Origin: Phaeosaccion multiseriatum
Lineage: Eukaryota; Protista; Ochrophyta, other classes
Reading direction: 5' to 3'
Length of the DNA stretch: 64,000 bases
Assembly (NCBI GenBank): GCA_965112735.1
Contig: OZ218957.1
Coordinates: forward strand, 310,001 to 374,000
A model generated the notes under the pieces. It worked only from the letters and a program-made list of their open reading frames with translations. It was not told the origin of the DNA and made no database searches. The translations under genes were made by a program, and so were the position numbers. Of this stretch, positions 12,889 to 24,831 are shown one piece after another (positions within the stretch are counted from its first letter, which is position 1; each line of letters opens with the position of its first letter).

Positions 12889-15800
12889 TCACGCGTCCGC
12901 TGCGCCCCCCCCCGCCGCCTCTCCCTCCCCTGCCCCTGCCCCAGGCAATTCCACTTTGGATTGGTCCTTTGGCCTGGGCTCAACGAAGAGGAGAGCCTGC
13001 TTGCCGAGCCCCGCCGCCGACAGAAGGGTCGCATCGTCCTCGGGGGAGCTGAATGACGCCTGTGGAGCACCAACACGAGAGGGAGGGGCGAGGAGGGGGG
13101 CATGACTCGTGAGTCAAAGCCACATGGGCGCGGGGGTTGTGCGGGGACTGCATACACATCCCCCCCTCAAGCATGTACACACTTAAGCATGCACACAAAC
13201 TGGAGGAAAGGGCGCCCCTTCGCTGGTTACATGCCCCTGCCCGTTGTGAGAGCAAAGCGAGGCCCAACAGAGCAGAGAAGAGGGGGACCCAAAACAAACG
13301 GATGCCCAAGCAGGCTCGGCAAAGAGAGTGAACCCTAACCTTCACCCTCACCCTTACCCGATCCTAACCCACCCCACCCCATCCACCGCCATCCCCTAGA
13401 CACCCACCCATCCACTGCCATCCCCTACCCACCTTGGGGAAGGCACAAGTGAGCCTGTGTGTGGTGAGGTCCACTTCAAGCACGTCTGCCCAGTCCAGCA
13501 CCCGTCCCATCGTGCCCGTGTGCCTCCAGAAGCGCCGCTTGTGCCGCTTGCCGTCGGACATCTTGAGCATCACCGTGGCCACGTCCTTGAGAGGAGCGTC
13601 TTGGGGCGGTTCTCCCTCTTCCTGCAGGGCCTCGTGCTTGGCAAGCCTGCGGGCGGCGTCCTCCGCCTGCTGGGCCTCCTGCTGGGCCAACGCCTCCGCC
13701 TCGAGCTGTATAGAGGGACGGGGGGAGGGGGGAGGGGAAGAGAAGGGAGTACGATAATCGCATCGACATATAGTTGGAGTGGAGAGGGAGGGCGGGGGGG
13801 GGGGGGGGGTGCGAGGGCTTTATTTCGTCAGGGAGGTAGGGGGGAGTGAGGGTTGAAAATCGATGGAATGCCTCGACCTCTCCTACCCCTGCCCATATGA
13901 CTGATCCTCCTCACCTGCTGCTGCAGCTCCTCCCTGGCGATCCTGTCTCTCTCCTCCCCCTTCTCCCTCTTCTCGCGCACTCTGTCGTCCTTCACGGACT
14001 GCTTGTAGCCCTCCCTCCGCTCTGCGAAGTACGTCATTTCGTCGTTGATCTTCTCCAACGCTTGCCGGTCCTTCTTCAACTTGTCCTGTAACACGCACAC
14101 GCACACACACGGAGAGTCCCGCCCAGTAATGAATCCATCTGCTCTGCTTCACTTTGGGCCCCACTGATGTGAAGCCCCAACCTGTATGTCTAAAGCCTTT
14201 GACTCGCCACGTACGGTCGGTCATTGACTGTTCCCCAGAACGCTCATTTGCCCCACTCCACCCCAACCGCACACACAGACAGCAGACAGCAGGCAGCAGA
14301 CAGTAGACAGCAGACAGTAGACAGCAGGCAGTAGACAGCAGGCAGCAGACAGTAGACGGCAGGCAGTAGGCAGTAGACAGCAGACAGCAGACAGCAGACA
14401 CAGACAGCAGGCAGTAGACAGCAGGCAGTAGGCAGCACGTAGTAGACAGCAGGCAGCAGGCAGCAGGCAGCAGGCAGTAGACAGCAGGCAGCAGACAGCA
14501 GACAGTAGGCAGCACGTAGTAGACAGTAGACAGCAGGCAGCAGGCAGCAGCTAGCAGGCAGGAGACAGCAGCTAGCGGGCAGCAGGCCGGAGCAGCGCAC
14601 ACACAGGCCCAGGAGTGTAGAGCATACGTGCATTGCCTAGGCCAAGGCCAAGAGCTCCTTACGTATGCTTAGGTAAGATACGTACCTCGTTGAGCTGCTG
14701 CAGGCGGCGCATCCAGCTCCTCATCTGCGGGGGCGAGGGCGGCGGGTTGCAGTGGTGCAGTGACGCCACACGGCGCTTGTTGGTCTTGGCTGACGTGTGC
14801 ACCACGCACAGGAAGGGAAAGCTCCTGCTCACACAGAGAGAGCACACACACAGAGGGGGTGGGGGGGGGGGGCTTGGGTTCCTTGGCTTCCTCAAGGGGA
14901 GGGAGGGAGGGAGGGAGGGGGGCCATGCAGCAAGGATCACTGACGAAGAAACGGTGGCGGTTATTGCTCGAACTCGTGCCTCTGCCTCTCCGAGAGAGAA
15001 AGTGGTTTGCCTCCCTCACTGCCTGCCGCCCAATCCGTGCTGCGGTATCACCAACTGCTCACCTTGCCCCTAGTCTCTTTGCGACGGCCCCCCCGCCCCC
15101 CTTGCCCGGCGTGGCGGCGGTGGAGGTCCATAGCACGAAGGTCTCGTCGATGAAGGCCCCCACCTCCTCATCTGCCAGAGCGGCCATGAGCGTGTCGTCG
15201 TCCGCCCTGGAGGCCTTGGAGCCAGCGCCGCTCGTGATGACCACCAGCGTAAACTTGTTGGTCCTACATGGTGTGGGATGGGCCAAGAGAGGGAAGGGGG
15301 CAAGGAGGGGGTCAGCGAGCAGCAGGGGCTTGCCTTGGCCTGGCCTGGGGGCATGCGGAGTACACGCACCCTCTCTACCACCGCGCCTTCAGACCCAGGC
15401 CCAATTATACTCTCCCTTACCTCCTGGCCTCGTCTGTGGCCTCCTGGAAGGACTTGGCCGAGAAGGCCGGGTGGGACTGCAAGCCCCCGAACTTGTTCTC
15501 GAAGGCCGCCTGGAAGCCCCCCTGCCCCCCGCGGGTCGCCGCATTACTATTGCCTCCCCCCTTGGGCCGGAGCAGCTCCGCCTCCAGCTTGGCGTTCTTG
15601 CTGCTCTTGCTGCCGCTCCTGCTGCCCCCGCCCTTGCCCCACCACTCCTCCAGCAAGTGCACCACCTTGTCAAACAGCTTCCGCACCACAGATATAACGC
15701 CCTCACTCTCCACCAAAGCGGCGGTGGCGTGGCTCGGCGTGTGACCCTCTTCCTCCTGTGCCTCCTCTTCTTCCTCGTCCTCCCCCCCCTCCTCCTCCTC

Positions 15801-16250
15801 CCCCTCCTCCTCCTCCGCCCCTCCCTGCTGCTTCACCTTCCTGCCCTTCTCTGCTGCCTCGCTCTCCTCTGATGCGCCGTCCTCGTCATACTCCGATGAG
15901 GCGTCGTCTCCCTCCGCGCCTCCGCCCCTCAGCCGCAGCAGCAGCTCTCTACGTCCCCACCCAATACTAGACTGCCCCGTGACGCCCCGCGTCCTCCTTC
16001 TCCTGTGCTGAAAGGCTGCTCCTCGCACCCCCCAAGACTGCTGACTCTTCTGCGTCATCAAGCTTCGTTGCAAGCGTCTTCTCGCTTTGCTCTCGCTCTG
16101 TCCCACCCTCCCTTTGCCTCCCTCCCCTCTCCACGTGCATGTTCCCACTCCTCCTCCTCCTCGCGCCGCTGCTGCTGCCGCTACTCCGCCCGCTACTGCT
16201 ACCGCTAGAAGCAGCAGAAGCAGCAGCGGCCTAGTGCTTCGTCGACACAT
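12889..16250 (-). CDS. UAS + UBX domain protein (FAF1/UBXD8/PUX10-like p97/Cdc48 adaptor), ~6 exons
   Basis: Signal peptide and LRLRGG; UAS thioredoxin-like region (F.NKFG...HPAFSAKSFQEATDEARR|TNKFTLVVI...SFPFLCVV); coiled coil; UBX (VMLKMSDGKRHKRRF...RLTCAFPK|ASFSSPEDDATLLSAAGLGKQALLFVE); last exon 13059-12889. Confidence 0.8.
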
Positions 16251-16437
16251 TAGAAGCGTCGTAGAGGAGAGCAAAAGGAGGAAGAGGCAACAGAGAGGAG
16301 GAGCGGCCAGGGGGAGAGACTCTCAATATCGACTATCTCTACTTTAAAAGTAGATAGACCTTTTTTTTTGGGCTGGCGATCTGCCGCCTTTCAAAATTGT
16401 AGGCCTTCTTTTGAAAGAGAGAGCAGAGGGCCGCACC

Positions 16438-18121
16438 ATGAAGACCCCCAGCGCGTGTATGGATGGCCCCTCTCCGGCCTCCTCCACTGCGCTGCGCTTC
16501 TCTCTTCTCGTCAGCGCGATGGGCTCGAGCTTGGCCTTCGTGCAGCACGGCTACACGCCCCTTTCGTCCGTCTCGAGCAGCACTCGGAGCACCGGGAGCA
16601 GCGACAGGAGCGGGCGGCCAGTCAGCAGCAGTAGCAGCTTTGGAAACAAGCCATGGCGGACCGTGGGAGGCGGAGGAGGAGGAGGAGGAGGATATGTTGG
16701 TCGGTTCACGCGTCCCTCAAGAGCTGCAACTGCTCTCATGGCCAGAAACCTCTACGAAGTCCTCGGAGTGCCGCTACGTGAGTTTGTTGGGTGCCGAAAA
16801 AGATAAGCTTGCCCCCCCCTCGCTGTAGGGTGCAGTCTCCATGTGGCTCTTGCTGATTCTCGAGAGGATATACTGGGCGTGAGAGGGCTTCCTCCGCATG
16901 TTCTACCCCATTCCATCCCCTCACCTCCCTCTCTTCTCTTCCCTCTTCTGGCTGCTCTCCGCTCCGTCAAGGCGGCACCTCACTACTAACAAGTCCTCCT
17001 CCCAGGGTGGTCTACTCCTGCAGTTCCTCCCTCTGTTTTGTGCTTCATATCCTACCTGCTGTGTCGCTGACACCCTCCGACACGCCGGTACTGCCCCTGT
17101 CTTTGTGCTGTCTTCCTTCCCTCGAGCAGGCTCAGAAGTCAAGGAGGTCAAGAGCGCCTACCGGAAGCTCGCCAGGAGGTACCATCCAGGTAAGAGCTGC
17201 ATTGCGCCTGAATGCCGTGTGCCGCGCTCGCCAAGGGATATCGCGGCACAACCGGCTTTCGGTGTCGAGTGTAAGCCGCCCCTCGTGCCGTCGTGCTCAT
17301 GTTTCCCTCTCTCTTGTCCGCTCCCTCCCCTGCTGCCCCCCGCAGATGTGAACCCCGACAAGTCCTCTCTGGACATGTTCAAGGAAATGACCGCGGCTTA
17401 CAATGTGAGTGGGCAAGTGGGGGCAGGGCAATGCGAGGAATGGAAGGACAAGGAGTGAGGGAGGGCAGGAGTGAGTGAATGTGGATGTGGAGGTGCTGAG
17501 GGCATTGTGGATGCGTGGAGAAGGTGCGCTTTGTCATGTGCGCCATGAATCGGCGAAGGGAGGCTGCTGAAGAGAAAGAAGGCTTGCGGAAGCGAACACC
17601 TCGACTCTCGCCAGTGCAGCGCAGTGGGATGGAAATTGATAAGAGGGAAGACAGACACGGAGACGAGGGAAGGGAAGACACGGAGACGGATGATGGAGCG
17701 ATACGCGCCTCCATGCCGTGCCGATGTGCCACGCTCCTTCACCAGTCCTTCACCAGTCCTTCACCAGTCCTTCACCTGTCCTTCACCAGTCCTTCACCAG
17801 TCCTTCACCAGTCCTTCACCAGTCCTTCACCAGTCCTTCACCAGTCCTTCACCAGTCCTTCACCAGTCCTTCTCCAGTCCTCCTCCAGTCCTCCTCCAGT
17901 CCTTCTCCAGTCCTTCTCCAGTCCTTCAGTCCTTCAGTCGTGGGTCGTCCCCTCCGTCGCTGCTGAGGCCAATTCATGACCACGCGTATGAACCTAACCC
18001 CCATCCCCGCCCCCCCTGACTTTTTCGCACACACCACACACACACACACACATACACACACGGACACACACACACAAACACACACACACTCACACACTCA
18101 CTCACACACACACACACACGG

Positions 18122-18157
<36 letters not shown>

Positions 18158-19986
18158 ATTTTGTCTGATCCGGAGCAGAAGAACCGCTACGACCTTTACG
18201 GCGAAGCGGGCATCTCGGGAGCGGATCCAGCGGGCGGGTATGGGGGAGGCGTGGAGGTGGACCTCACAGACATCTTCGACAGCTTCTTCGGCAGGGAAGG
18301 ACACGCCGGGGGGCAGCAGGGGGGGCACAGGGCGGGCGGCAGCAGATCACAGGGCGGCGGCACCAGATCACAGGGCGGCGGGATGGGAGGAATGGGGGGC
18401 GGGATGGGAGGAGTGGGGGGCGGAATGGGGGGTGACAGCGGCATGGGCGGCTTTAGCAGCTTCAGCACGCCAGGGAGGGGCGGCACCGGCAGCAGAGGCA
18501 GTCGGAGCCGAGCGGGGGCAGGGCAGCAGCAGCGCAGCGGGCCGCAGAGGGGCGCGGACCTGGAGGTGAGCAGGGAGGGAGGGAGGGAGGGAGGGATGGC
18601 AGTGGATGGGGAGGGAGGGCGAGGAACTTATGCAGTGCTTTCGTGGCGGCAGGCAGGGCCTCTTGGCTCCTCCGGGCAGGACAGCGCTGGCCCGACTTGA
18701 AGGCCCCTTTGCCCCCCTTCTGCTCGGCGGTGGTGCAATTGACTTCCTAAGAGCGACAAGCTGGCTGTGGGGCCCACTGTCCGCTTCCACTCCGCGCGCC
18801 TGGTCTTATTCAACACCACGCCTAAGCTTGTCCTCCTGCCCATGCTTACGCTTGGGTGTCCTCTCTCCTCCTGTGCCCCCCCCCCCCAAACAGCTCAACC
18901 TGGAGGTGGACTTTGTGACGGCATGCTTTGGCGGGGTTGAGAAGGTTCGCATTCGCCACCAAGAGGGCTGGTGAGTGAAGCAAGTAGAGTAAGTGGGGTT
19001 AGGGTCGGCAAGGGAAAGGGATGCAAGGGCTGGTAGTAAGTGGTTAGTGGTTAGTCACGTATTAATAAGGGCTTTGGTAAGTGGAGTCAGGACCGGCCTT
19101 GCCGAACAGCGCGCCGTCATCTCTCCTCTACATGGAGCGGTGCCCTAACACGCAACTTGCTGCACCTCTGTCTCTCCCCTCTGGCTGTCCCCTCTCATCT
19201 CTGTCCCTCCCCTCCACCCCTCTGGCTGTCCCCTCTCCCCTCTGTCTCTCCCTGCCACCCCTCTGTCTCTCCCTCCACCCCTCTGTCTCTCCCCTCCACC
19301 TCTCTGTCCCCTGCGTGCGTGCTTGTGTGTGTGCGTGCCCAGTTCGGTTTGCAACTCGACAGGCGTGGGGGCGGGCGGCTCTCGACGCTCCTGCGGCAGC
19401 TGCGGAGGGTCGGGTGTCATCACGACGCTGCAGCAGACCCCCCTGGGCAACTTCTCCACGCAGACGCCCTGTCCGTCGTGCAACGGGGTCGGAGAGGTGC
19501 GCATTTACTATGGCAGCGGATGGGGAGGGGGGGGGGGGGGCAGTCTCAGTCAAAGTCGTCAATTGCATGTATTCACCGTCCTCCTACCTCCTACTCCTAC
19601 TTCGTCCCCTCTTCTTCACCCTCCTCCTCGTCCTCCTCCTCACACCTTCTCCTCCTCCTCCTCCTCCTCTCACCCCTCCTCTCATCTCCCTCCTCCCCCT
19701 GCCCCTCACTTCTCCCCCTCCCCCCCCCCAGAGCATCGACTTCCCCTGCCAGGCATGTAACGGCAAAGGCGTTGTGCAGCGAAGCAAGAAGATGGACTTG
19801 GCCATCCCCTGTGGCGTGGACGACGGTATGCGGCTCACCGTACAGGGGGAGGGAGATGCGGGGCCCATGGGAGGACCGAGTGGCCAGCTCTACGTCGTGC
19901 TCAGCGTCAGGAAGGACCCGGGCTTTAACAGGAAGGGTAGCGACATTTACTCCGACCTCAACGTGAGTGCGTGTTTGTGTGTGTGC

Positions 19987-20037
<51 letters not shown>

Positions 20038-21675
20038 TGCGTGTTTGTGTGTGTGCGTGCGTGTGTGTGAGGGGGTGTAGGAGGAGGGGGTGGAGGCTGG
20101 GCGTGTGAGGATGTAGGGGTGTGAGTGAGGGGTGTGGGTGAGGGGTATGGGTGTGAGTGAGGGGGTGTCCTCCCACGCCACCCACATCAGAAGACAAGAG
20201 CCTGACTCCCATCCACTGCCATCCTCCCTGTCCTCCCTGTCCCATCCGCTGCCATCCACAGGTGGACTACACGACCGCTATCTTGGGCGAGTCCAATGTG
20301 CGTGTGCGCACCATCGACGGAGAAGTCGACATTCGCCTCCCCAAGGGCAGCCAGGTAGGGAAGGTAGCGAGGGTAGCGAGGGTAGGGAGGGTAGGGAGGG
20401 TAGGGAGGGGAGGGAGGAAGAAGATGCAGAGAGGGAGGGACAGAGGCAGAGAAAGAAGGGGCCAAGAGGGAGAGAGAAAGAGGGAAGAGGCAGAGAGGGA
20501 AGGGGCAGATAGAAGGGAGGTTTGAGGGAGAGAGAGCGGGGGGGGGGGGGTAGCGAGAGAGAAAGGGCAGAGAGACCTTTGGGCAGATGGAGGTGAAACC
20601 GTCTTCCCAGATGCTGCTTTCCTTTCAACTGATTTGAACTGGCACTCGAACTCAAGTCGACTATCTCCAACTATGTAACCGTCCCCCTCCAGCCCGGCAC
20701 GGTGCTGCGCATCAAAGGCAAGGGCGTGCCCGAGCTGACGGACGAGAGCCGCAGAGGGGACCACTTCGTCAGCATCAAGGTGGACATTCCCTCCTCCGCT
20801 GACCTTAACCCCGACGAGGTGGAGCTGCTGCGGGAGCTCAGCCAGATGAGCATGAGGAGGTAGGAGGAGGGGCGCGGGGGGGGGTAGGTGTGGCAGATGA
20901 GCACCAGGAGGTAGTAATCGGCCCCTGACAAGGTTCTGAGGCGACCCAGGTTCCAGGTTCTGGGGGAAAGCCATGCAATAAGGCAATGATAAGGGCCAAG
21001 GCTGCTCTGCCAAGCCTCGCCAGCGGGCCAGGTTCCAGCTTCTGGCCTGGGTCGCCTCAGGACCTTGTCAGGGGCCGATAGTAAGACTTACAGTTACAAG
21101 GGTCTGGGGCAGAGGCATCAAGGAGGAAGGAGGCCGGGTGACTCTCAAGAGGCAGGGGGGCTGCCCGACAGGACAGCGCTCATTGACACCCCGTGTACCT
21201 CTGGACACCTCCGGCGGAGCCCATCGATGTTGATGGAGTATCGTTTCGATGTTGATGGAAGATCGATCATCGATGTTGATGGGAATATCGATCATCGATG
21301 TTGATGGAATATCGATGGAGAGATCGTACTCCTGACATACATGCCTTTCCCTATACACCTCTCTCTCTGTCTTTCCCTCTCTATTTCTCTCTCCCCCCCC
21401 CCCTATCTCTCCCTCTATCTCTCCCTCTCTCTCTCTCTCTCTTGTCTCTCTCTCTCTCTCTCTCTAGGAGGAAGAATGAGTGGGCAGCGGCGAGAGAGGC
21501 GGAGGAGGCGCGGGCAGAGGCCAAGCGAGAGGCGGCAGAACACATGAAGGTCAACTCCACCACTGCCCAGGCCACAGACAGGGGCGGGGTGAGCACCATC
21601 AGCACCAAGAACGGGGGGGCGACGGTGGACAACAAGAAGAAGGGGGGGTTCTTCAAGGATGTGTTTGGCTTATAG
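16438..21675 (+). CDS. dnaJ: Type I DnaJ/Hsp40 chaperone, probably plastid-targeted, ~10 exons
   Basis: NLYEVLGV...[13 protein letters not shown]|DVN (HPD), G/F-rich region with DIFDSFFG, four CxxCxGxG repeats, C-terminal [11 protein letters not shown]...GEGDAG, GKGVP..RGDHFV; N-terminal SSLAFV bipartite-like signal. Confidence 0.92.
17736..17937. repeat. 11-bp minisatellite (CCTTCACCAGT)n in a DnaJ intron
   Basis: Direct tandem copies without spacers. Confidence 0.9.
20918..21078. mobile_element. MITE family A (161 bp), 33-bp TIRs, 6-bp TSD TAGTAA, in last DnaJ intron
   Basis: TCGGCCCCTGACAAGGTTCTGAGGCGACCCAGG matches the reverse complement of the right end at 32/33; TAGTAA at 20912-20917 and 21079-21084; related copy at 37258. 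Confidence 0.93.
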
Positions 21676-21819
21676 TACGTTACGTACACTTACGTACGCA
21701 GCATCTATTGGAGAGGGTCGTCGTGTGAGGCCTTTGGTACGTGCTGAATGCTATTGTGGAGGGACAAGGGAAGCACGTCCCAGCACGGCAGCAGCAGCAG
21801 CAGCAGTTGGTGATACGAT

Positions 21820-21855
<36 letters not shown>

Positions 21856-22609
21856 TGCTGCGCAGAGGGGCGGGAACGCTAGGGGCGGCGAACAAGACGG
21901 CTCCTCTCTCAGCCACTCATCACTCATCGACGGCTCCTCTCTCAGCCGCTCATCACTCATCGACGGCTCTCGCAAGCAGCGACCCCTGCACCCCCACCAT
22001 CGCCTTGCAGGACAGGCAGAAGGCAGCAGACGGTATCGCAATGGCTGTGTGCGAGGGTGTTTGTGTTTGTTTGTGTGTGTGTGTGTGTGTGTGTGTGGTG
22101 TATGTACGTATGTGGTCAAGCTGTCACCACTGCTCTCTTTTGCACGCGCTGTGCTGTGCAGCTGACACCAAATCGAATCCATTTTGCCGCTTTTGACTCG
22201 CCGTATGGGTGGAGCTGAGGAGTATGGGGAAAACGGACCCTTACGTACACGCATCCTAACTGACACTTGACACCCTTCGGTAAACACTTAAGTAAGTATT
22301 ATACTTATAAAGGGAGCAATGCACTCACTTCTCTTTTCAGAAAGAAATAAAACTAAAATTCTGTCAGTCCTCCGCCCTCCCCACCCCCTATCCCCCTCAG
22401 CTCGCCTCTACTTCTAAGTACTCCCCCCCCTTCTCCATCTTCACCTCGGCTCCATCTTCACGCCATCTCTGTCCGCCATACAGCTGCCTCTCCGCTCAGC
22501 TAGCGGCGGCCACTTGAAGCACGGCCTCCTTCAGCTTCCACACCCTTCCAATCAGTCAGCCCCCCCTCCTCCCTCGGCTCTCCTCCTCCTGCAGCAGCGA
22601 CGAGCACCA

Positions 22610-22833
22610 CTCAGCACCAGTCAGCACCACTCAGCACCAGTCAGCACCAGTCAGCACCAGTCAGCACCAGTCAGCACCAGTCATCACCAGTCAGCACCAG
22701 TCATCACCAGTCAGCACCAGTCAGCACCAGTCAACACCACTCAGCACCAGTCAGCACCAGTCATCACCAGTCAGCACCAGTCAGCACCAGTCATCACCAG
22801 TCAGCACCAGTCAGCACCAGTCAGCACCAGTCA
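22610..22833. repeat. 10-bp minisatellite (TCAGCACCAG)n
   Basis: About 22 tandem copies with minor variants. Confidence 0.9.
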
Positions 22834-23056
22834 TCTCGACTCCCCTCCTCCTGCGGCAGCAAGCAGCTACCAGCGGCCACTTCAAGCCACGTCCTGGGGG
22901 GAAGTACATGTAGTCAGAGCACGAAGTATGCACCAACGAGCAGCTGGCAGCCACTTGACGCATCTCCTTCCCCAATTCAACTTGCAGCGGCCCTCTCTTC
23001 CTCAGTATTTCGCAGTACTAATCAATCAATCAAGAGAAAGTTCAAGAACTGATCAA

Positions 23057-23865
23057 TCAACTTGCAGCGGCCACCTCCAGCATCTCCTGCAGCTCCCCCG
23101 AGGAGTACATCTCCATGAGGATGTCCGCCCCCCCCACGAACTCCCCCGCGATGTAGAGCTGCGGGATGGTGGGCCATGAGCTGAACTCCTTCACGCCCAC
23201 CCTCACGCGCTCGTCGGCCAGCACATCCACCGTCTCGAACTCCACTCCCATGCTGAGGGGGAGGGGGAGGGGAGGGGTCAAGGGAGGGAGGGAGGGAGGG
23301 GAGGGAAAGAGAGAGGGTGGGAGGGGAGCGCAAGAGAGAGCGGGTCGTTCCAAGTCATTCGTCCGTCCGTCAGTCAGTCACTCGTGCACCCTCCTCACCC
23401 GACTCACTTCTGCAGGATGGCGACGCACGTGCCGGAGTAGCCGCACTGCGGCATGAGCTTGTTTCCCTTCATGAATAGGAGGATTGTGTGCGCTTCCACA
23501 AGAGCCGCAATTTTCTCCTGCGTGGCTGCAGCAGCGTAATCGAATTCGTCGTCATCATCGCCCGCGGTGGAAAAGTCGGAGGACATGCGCAGGGGGGCGG
23601 GTCCACTCGCGCGACACCGCTTGCGCCCTCCTCCTCTGGTGCTGGCCCTGGCCAGGGCAGTCTCGCAGCATGACCAATTTCCGCTGCTAGTGTGCCTCGG
23701 CAAGTTCGCCGTTGCTGTCGCTGCCGTAGCTTCTACTCGCCGCGTCGGATCACTACCGCTGATTGCACTGATTGCGTTCGCACCGGCGCTGCTGCTCACC
23801 AGGAAGGCTGCTGCCGAGTGGAGGGACAAGGAAAAAATCAAGCCCAATACAAAAGCCTTCATCAT
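23057..23865 (-). CDS. grxD: Plastid-targeted monothiol glutaredoxin (Grx4/GrxD/GRXS14-like), 2 exons
   Basis: Signal peptide + SAAAF|L; [40 protein letters not shown] motifs. Confidence 0.9.
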
Positions 23866-23968
23866 CAAACCCTTTCAGAACAAAGTCGCGCCCCCTATTG
23901 TTCTCCCTACGCACTACAGCTGACCAATGGATGGGCGTGGGACGTCTCCCAACAAGCCAAGAGAGTTG

Positions 23969-24012
23969 ATTGCACACCCTTAAGTGCCATCTATGGTTGT
24001 CTAAAAGTAATG
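23969..24012. repeat. 44-bp dispersed element, copy 1 (39/44 identical to 58569-58612)
   Basis: ATTGCACACCCTTAAGTGCCATCTATGGTTGTCTAAAAGTAATG, ~100 bp upstream of the glutaredoxin ATG. Confidence 0.7.
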
Positions 24013-24287
24013 GCTCACCGCCCCGGGGAACTTAGCCCCCGAGGCTCGTATCCCTCCGATGCGTCAATTCTCCCCATCGGAACAAAGTTGATACCAGCCA
24101 GGATCCTGTGTCGGATCGATCGTTCGTGTCGGGCCCGCTGAAAGAGAGAGCTGAGGCAAACACCACGGGCGGGAAACTTCAATTCGTTCTGCCGACTCAT
24201 AGATTTATGTGCAAGAACTGCACATGTGTAAGCATGCGTGTATGTGCAGGTCGCCACATCCAGCGGGGTAGGGCCCGAGCCCACAAA

Positions 24288-24491
24288 TCGGGCCCCCGCG
24301 AGGTTTCTCTGCCCCCCGATAAGCAGAAGAAGCCAGAGGCGGCCTGCGGCCGAAAGCCGAGAAGCCAGAGGCGGCCTAACAGCCGAGAAGCCGAGAAGCC
24401 AGCGCTGACCTGCGGCCAGAAGCCCGAAGCCCGGAGGGGGCTACGGCCAATCGAAGAAGCCCGGAGCCAGAGAAACCTCGCGGGGGGTCGA
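24288..24491. mobile_element. MITE family B (204 bp), ~24-bp TIRs, 6-bp TSD CACAAA
   Basis: Left TCGGGCCCCCGCGAGGTTTCTCTG vs right-end reverse complement TCGACCCCCCGCGAGGTTTCTCTG; CACAAA at 24282-24287 and 24492-24497; internal GAAGCC repeats; second copy at 37438. Confidence 0.92.
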
Positions 24492-24831
24492 CACAAAGGC
24501 TCAAAGGGCGGCAGCGAAGGATGCAGTGGCAATGCACACGCAACGGTGCTTGACGGGGGCTCCTCCCCCTGAATCTCTGCGGGTGATGAAGCGCATCCAC
24601 GGTGGTGCCTCGCGTCAGCGTCACGGTCCCTCTGAGGAGGAATGCGGCCACTGCCTTGGTCTCATCGTCCAGGGCCGCTCCCAGACAGGCAGATAGACAG
24701 GCAGATAGACAGGCAGATAGACAGGCAGACAGACGGCTGGTGCTGGTGCGGGTGCTGGCCCAGGGGGGCTCAGGACCTTCCTCTGCAAGGCCCTTCCCTC
24801 CCCCTTCAGTCTTTCCTCACTGCTCAACTGC

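Noticed and set aside
17736-17937. CRISPR-like array (also 22610-22833, 11531-11680, 21222-21318, 12727-12777)
   Set aside because: Head-to-tail minisatellites with no unique spacers, no cas genes, eukaryotic intron or intergenic context.
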